Shown here piece after piece: positions 59,565 through 64,000 of a DNA stretch of 64,000 bases. Each line of letters begins with the position of its first letter. Position 1 is the stretch's first letter. Origin of the DNA: an uncultured Thermoleophilia bacterium. GTDB lineage: Bacteria; Actinomycetota; Thermoleophilia; UBA2241. A program made the translations under genes and the position numbers. Below the pieces are notes generated by a model that was not told where the DNA came from, ran no database searches, and saw nothing but the letters and a program-made list of their open reading frames with translations. The stretch covers positions 640,001 through 704,000 of the forward strand of contig CAVPCT010000003.1 in NCBI GenBank assembly GCA_963702475.1, given 5' to 3'.

Positions 59565-60896
59565 TTAGAGCTCTCGGCCGCCGATGCCGTTCACGCCGAG
59601 ATCGACGAGGCGCTCGACCAGGGCCGGCCGGTCGATGTGCTGCACGTCGCAGCCGGCCCGCAGCGCCATCGCGGCGCCGACGCCCGCGGCCTGGCCCATG
59701 AGCATGCACTGCGGCATGCCGCGGCCGGTGGCGTAGGCCTGCAGGTCGACCGAGCGGGCGCGACCGGCGAAGAGCAGGTTGCGCACGGTGCGCGGCACCA
59801 GGCTCCGGAACGGGATCGTGTAGTAGTCGCCCGGCGGCAGCGCGGCCTCGTGCGAGTAGACCGCCTCCGCGTCGTCGCGGAACACCTCGTCCAGCGGGCT
59901 GTCGCAGGCGACGATGCCGTCGTCGAACTTCGTCGCGCGCGCCACGTCGTCGTGCGTCAGCGTGTACAGGCCCGCGAGCCGGCGGCCCTCGCGCACTCCG
60001 ACGACAGGGCCGATGCGCGAGACGTAGGCGTGCTCGAACCCGGGCATCGAGTCTCGGCAGAACGAGGCCAGCGCCAGCACCTGCCGGCGTGCCTTCATTG
60101 TCGCCTCGTTCACGCTTCGCGCGTTCGACCCGTCCACGCCGGTGACCGTGACGGTGTTGAAGTACACGCTGCCCTGCCGGAGTCCCTTCAACATGTAGAT
60201 CTGCCGCAGGGTCTCGGGGAGCCTGCCCTGTGCGATGCCCCGCCGCGCGTACCGTGCGAAGTACGGATCCGAATGGTCGGCGAAGGCCTGCGCCCAGTCC
60301 ACGTTCTCCATGAAGAAGGTGAGGGTGGCGCCCATGGTGCGGCCGCCGGCGTCGCCGGTGACGCTGGGCACGCCGGCGCGGGCGGCCACGTCGCCGCTGC
60401 CGGTGCAGTCGAGGTACACGCCGGCGGTGAAGCGCTCGCTGCCGAGCAGGCTGACGACGTCGATATGGCGGACCTGGCCGTCTGCGACGGCGACGTCCGC
60501 CGGCAGGTGGTTGAGCAGGAGTTCGACGCCGGCGCCGGCCAGCAGTTCGTTGAGCTCGGCGATCATGATGTCGTAGTCGTACACGACCTCGTCGCCGAAG
60601 TTGGCGAGGTCGCAGGGCCGGCGTTCGGCCGCCGGCGGGTCGTGGGCGAACAGACGGTGCACGAGCTCCTCGAAGAACCCGCCGACGCTCACGCCGCACG
60701 GGTACCCGGAGCCGAGCATCATGCCCGGGCAGCTGGAGATGACGCCGCCGACGACGTTCTGCAGCTCGACGAGGCGCACCGAGCAGCCCTCGCGCGCCGC
60801 CGCCACGGCGGCGGCGATGCCCGCCGGGCCGGCGCCGAAGACGAGGACGTCGGTGTGGCCGTCGTGGTTGGGTGGCTGGGCGGCCGGGGCGCTCAT
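59565..60896 (-). CDS. FAD-dependent oxidoreductase (PF12831-like)
   Basis: GAGPAG, DCTGSGD, GVREGRR, IPFRSLVP, MGQAAG. Confidence 0.88.
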   Translation of the reverse strand: MSAPAAQPPNHDGHTDVLVFGAGPAGIAAAVAAAREGCSVRLVELQNVVGGVISSCPGMMLGSGYPCGVSVGGFFEELVHRLFAHDPPAAERRPCDLANFGDEVVYDYDIMIAELNELLAGAGVELLLNHLPADVAVADGQVRHIDVVSLLGSERFTAGVYLDCTGSGDVAARAGVPSVTGDAGGRTMGATLTFFMENVDWAQAFADHSDPYFARYARRGIAQGRLPETLRQIYMLKGLRQGSVYFNTVTVTGVDGSNARSVNEATMKARRQVLALASFCRDSMPGFEHAYVSRIGPVVGVREGRRLAGLYTLTHDDVARATKFDDGIVACDSPLDEVFRDDAEAVYSHEAALPPGDYYTIPFRSLVPRTVRNLLFAGRARSVDLQAYATGRGMPQCMLMGQAAGVGAAMALRAGCDVQHIDRPALVERLVDLGVNGIGGREL

Positions 60897-61101
60897 GACG
60901 GCATCATCGCACGGGAGCGAGGCGGGCGTCGCCGGGCCCGGCGCAGTGCGCTTCGCCCTCGGCTCTGCGCCGCGGACCGGCGTGGTCGTGCCATGTGATG
61001 GTGCACAAAGCGCCCACTTGATGAGCGATTTGTGTTACGACGGTGATGATTGGGGCCAGAGATCTCGTGGGCACCGCGGCTGCCCAAGAGCCCGCATGCG
61101 G

Positions 61102-61464
61102 CTATGACGCATCGGCCTGACGCGACCGGCGTTGACGACCGCTGTGCTTACCGACATTGAGCTCGACGGTGCGCTCGGGGAACACAGCCCGGATGTCCAG
61201 GTGTCCGCCGAGAGCCTCGACGTAGCGCTGCAACGTGGACAGCCTGAGGTCCGCCTCGCCGCGCTCGATCTGGGAGACGTTCTCCTGGGTCACGTCGAGC
61301 AACTCGGCGAGGGCTGCCTGCGTGAGGTCGACCTCCCTGCGCAGATCGGCGAGCATCGAGGCCTTGTGTGCTTCGACGCGCGCCCGGCGATCGGGCGCGG
61401 CGTCAATCTGCGCGCGGAGCCTGTCGAAGCTCTTCGGTTGCCTGTGTCCCTCAGATTCACTCAT
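61102..61464 (-). CDS. XRE-family HTH antitoxin (HigA-like)
   Basis: LTQAALAELL..SQIERG..LSTLQRYVEALGG. Confidence 0.88.
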   Translation of the reverse strand: MSESEGHRQPKSFDRLRAQIDAAPDRRARVEAHKASMLADLRREVDLTQAALAELLDVTQENVSQIERGEADLRLSTLQRYVEALGGHLDIRAVFPERTVELNVGKHSGRQRRSRQADAS

Positions 61465-61816
61465 CGATCAGTCCCTTGTCGGTGATGGCGTCAAGGTGCT
61501 CGTGATAGAGCCGCTCGGCTACGGGAACAGCCATCTCGTACCAGGAGTGCCACCGCCCGCTCTTGTCACCACCGAGGAGTAGGATCGCGGTGCGCCGAGG
61601 GTCGAAGGCGAACAGTACACGGATGTGACCTCCCCGTGGGCGGAGCTCCTTCAGGTTCGCCAGCCGGGACGCCTGGATGGTGCCGACAAGCGGGCGTCCA
61701 AGCGCGGGACCGTGTACTTCGAGGAGCTCTACTGCTGCTGCGACACGCTCCTGACAGTCGTGAGTCAGACTGTCCCACCATTCCGCGAACTGGTCTGTGT
61801 ACTCGACGCGCCACAC
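61457..61816 (-). CDS. RelE/HigB (Gp49-like) toxin
   Basis: GPALGRP, LKELRP, RVLFAFDPRR.AILLLGGDK; toxin upstream of antitoxin. Confidence 0.9.
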   Translation of the reverse strand: MWRVEYTDQFAEWWDSLTHDCQERVAAAVELLEVHGPALGRPLVGTIQASRLANLKELRPRGGHIRVLFAFDPRRTAILLLGGDKSGRWHSWYEMAVPVAERLYHEHLDAITDKGLIDE

Positions 61817-61846
61817 CAGCCCACTATAAGTAGTATCTTCTGAGTC

Positions 61847-62917
61847 TCAAGCAATGTCCACCGTGTCCGCACCCCCTCGAGTGGAGACGATGGAGGGACT
61901 CAGGAGTCCGGGCCCGGTGTTCCAGAGCCGCTCGATGCCGGAGGCGAAGGCCACCGGCGGGCGCGGGTCGTCGCAGGGTACGCCGGTGAGCATGTTGCGG
62001 TCGCCGATGGCGGCGACGGCCGTGGGGATGTCGCCGCCGCCGAAGAGCGTCGTCTGGACGGCCTGGAGGCAGGCGAGGGTCTGCGCAGTGGCGGCCTCGG
62101 TGATCTCGGCGAAGGTCTCGGTGCGGGGCTCGTCGGGCACCGACGGATAGAACCAGGGCCGCCGCTCGGCGAGCAGACGGGCGGCCGTGGCGTTGGGTTC
62201 GCGGGGGTAGATTTGCGTGCGGATGACGCCGTCGGCGTCGGCCCACGGCGTCGCGGCCACGCGCTTCAGCAGGCGCGAGAAGGCCGAGTGAGGGTCGCTC
62301 ATGCGGCTGTAGGCGAAGGCCATGTTTCCGAAGGCGCGCCGTCCCTCCGCGGCGGTGAACGTCTCGCCGTGTACGTCGCGCATGACCTGCTCCCAGAGCC
62401 GCGTCACGACGCCGGTCTGCGCGCGCGTCATGGTCAGCAGCTTCTGCGCGCGGATCCAGCCGGTGTCGCGCGAGTGGCGCCGCGCGAGCGTGACGTCCAG
62501 GGAGCCTTCGAGCACGCCGTGGCGGCGCCGGGCGGCCGGCTGGACCGGCGCCGCCATGCCCGTGATGTCCCCGGTCCAGTACTGGACCCAGGGGTGGGCG
62601 CTCGCGTCCATGCAGAGGTGCGAGGCGTAGCCGCAGGTGAACGCCGTGATGACGCCCGCCTCGGCGGCCGGGGCGGAGGCCGCCGCCGTCAACAACGCGT
62701 GGAAGACGTCGCTCATCCGGTTCTTGTGCACCAGGCCGGCGAGGTCCGAGCGGTCGCGCTGGCCCGGCCAGACTCCGGCGTAGAAGAGGAAGTCCGGACC
62801 TTGGGCGCCGACCTTGTAGGCGTCGTGTTCGGCGGCGAGCAGGCGCGCCAGCGGGCCTTCGGCCAGGCGCGCCCGGGCCGCCTCGGCGACCTCGTAGTGT
62901 GCGAGCATGTCGGGCAT
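61847..62917 (-). CDS. Zinc-dependent phospholipase C family protein
   Basis: [33 protein letters not shown]. Confidence 0.8.
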   Translation of the reverse strand: MPDMLAHYEVAEAARARLAEGPLARLLAAEHDAYKVGAQGPDFLFYAGVWPGQRDRSDLAGLVHKNRMSDVFHALLTAAASAPAAEAGVITAFTCGYASHLCMDASAHPWVQYWTGDITGMAAPVQPAARRRHGVLEGSLDVTLARRHSRDTGWIRAQKLLTMTRAQTGVVTRLWEQVMRDVHGETFTAAEGRRAFGNMAFAYSRMSDPHSAFSRLLKRVAATPWADADGVIRTQIYPREPNATAARLLAERRPWFYPSVPDEPRTETFAEITEAATAQTLACLQAVQTTLFGGGDIPTAVAAIGDRNMLTGVPCDDPRPPVAFASGIERLWNTGPGLLSPSIVSTRGGADTVDIA

Positions 62918-63262
62918 GGCCGTGGCATCCTACCGTGCGCCGAGGGCCGAGGCGCCTGGGGGGCGGTGCCGTGCAGGCGCGGCGGCGGTCTGCGGCGCTC
63001 GTTCGCGGGCTGGCTGCCGGGCCAGAGCGGCCCCCGTCCTCGGCGCCTCGCCAGCGCGCTATTACGGCCACGCCGACCGCGATCACCGGGGGTCACGGCC
63101 CAGAGGCTTCGCTCTGGAGGAGATACGGATGAGGACCAGAGGCACGCTCTCCCACGCACCGATAGGAGCAGCGGGCGATGGGGCCCCGGCAGGACGTGCC
63201 CGGAGGTCGGGGCCAACTGCAAGCCGTGGCCGCTCGCCCCGGCGTTTGCCGCCGGGAACGAT

Positions 63263-63291
63263 ATGACCGGCTCCGCGCGCCGTGGTATCAT
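63263..63291 (+). promoter_or_regulatory. Putative promoter of rpmE
   Basis: ATGACC-N17-TATCAT with extended TG. Confidence 0.4.
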
Positions 63292-63367
63292 GCCCATTCG
63301 GCCTGTTCGCGGGTCGTCTGCGTTCGCGTCAAACACCGGGTCTCATCCCCAGAAGGGAACCGTCAGC

Positions 63368-63661
63368 ATGAAGAAAGACATCCACCCGAAGTACGTAGAG
63401 GCGACCGTGCACTGCTCGTGCGGCAACACGTTCACCACGCGCAGCACGAAGCCGGAGCTCCACGTCGAGCTCTGCTCGCAGTGCCACCCGTTCTACACCG
63501 GCAAGCAGAAGCTGGTGGACTCCGGCGGCCGCGTGGACCGCTTCAAGAAGCGCCTCGAGAAGAGGGCCGAGCCGGCCGCCAAGGCCGCGCCGGCCAAGGC
63601 CGAGGCTCCCGTGGCGGAGCCCAAGGCCGAAGAGCCCCAGGCGGAAGCCGCTCAGGTCTGA
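63368..63661 (+). CDS. rpmE: 50S ribosomal protein L31 (Zn-binding type)
   Basis: [26 protein letters not shown]. Confidence 0.97.
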   Translation: MKKDIHPKYVEATVHCSCGNTFTTRSTKPELHVELCSQCHPFYTGKQKLVDSGGRVDRFKKRLEKRAEPAAKAAPAKAEAPVAEPKAEEPQAEAAQV

Positions 63662-63674
63662 CCCGGAGCCTGTC

Positions 63675-64000
63675 GTGAGCGCCGAGCTCCGCGTCTCGCT
63701 CCTGCAGCACACCCCCGACCCCGACCGCGCCGTCGCGGTCGCGGGCCGGCTCTGCTATGCGCCGGTGTCGGCCGCCGACCTGGCCAGCGACATGTCCGAT
63801 GAGGACGTCGCCAAGCTGGTCCGCATCCTCGTGCGCAGCGGGCACCACTCGGCGCTCGAGCACGCCTCGTTCAGCTTCGCCGTCGACGGCGTCTCCCGGG
63901 CGCTCACGCACCAGCTCGTGCGGCACCGCGTGGCCAGCTACAACCAGCAGTCGCAGCGGTACGTGAACTTCGGGGCGGGCGACAGCTTCATCATCCCGCC
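63675..64000 (+). CDS. thyX: FAD-dependent thymidylate synthase (partial)
   Basis: [32 protein letters not shown]. Confidence 0.93.
   Translation, partial: MSAELRVSLLQHTPDPDRAVAVAGRLCYAPVSAADLASDMSDEDVAKLVRILVRSGHHSALEHASFSFAVDGVSRALTHQLVRHRVASYNQQSQRYVNFGAGDSFIIP

Noticed and set aside
61004-61034. Imperfect inverted repeat CACAAA...TTTGTG next to the toxin-antitoxin pair
   Set aside because: Too degenerate to call an operator or att site; no integrase nearby

Overview
This is a high-GC bacterial chromosome segment. The gene set (Rho with a long N-terminal extension, CwlM-like amidase, SigH, ThyX, cDPG synthetase) suggests an anaerobic Actinomycetota lineage, possibly Thermoleophilia-like; the taxonomy is inference. 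The main signal is a pyrrolysine (amber, UAG) genetic-code expansion: the 3' end of pylC, pylD, a tRNA-Pyl with a CUA anticodon at 1046-1118 (absent from the ORF track), pylSn, and pylSc about 15 kb away on the opposite strand. A dimethylamine methyltransferase MtbB-like gene (15977-17365) has an in-frame TAG at the conserved Pyl position, and there are two corrinoid proteins. The pyl cluster is split by a ~13.2-kb segment bounded by a degenerate 56-bp direct repeat of the corrinoid gene's 3' end. That segment carries IS110, IS5 and IS3 remnants, an amine uptake/oxidation operon, an mttB remnant and mtbB. The rest is mostly housekeeping (tldD/pmbA, pyrE, gltX-cysS-rlmB-yacP-sigH, pilT, NlpC/P60 pair, pit, lysA-hom-pfk-apgM, rho, rpmE, thyX). 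It also holds an archaeal-type cyclic 2,3-diphosphoglycerate module and a DapF-like protein with Ser at both catalytic Cys positions. Four single-base insertions look like read or assembly errors. All calls come from motif recognition by eye; no searches were run.
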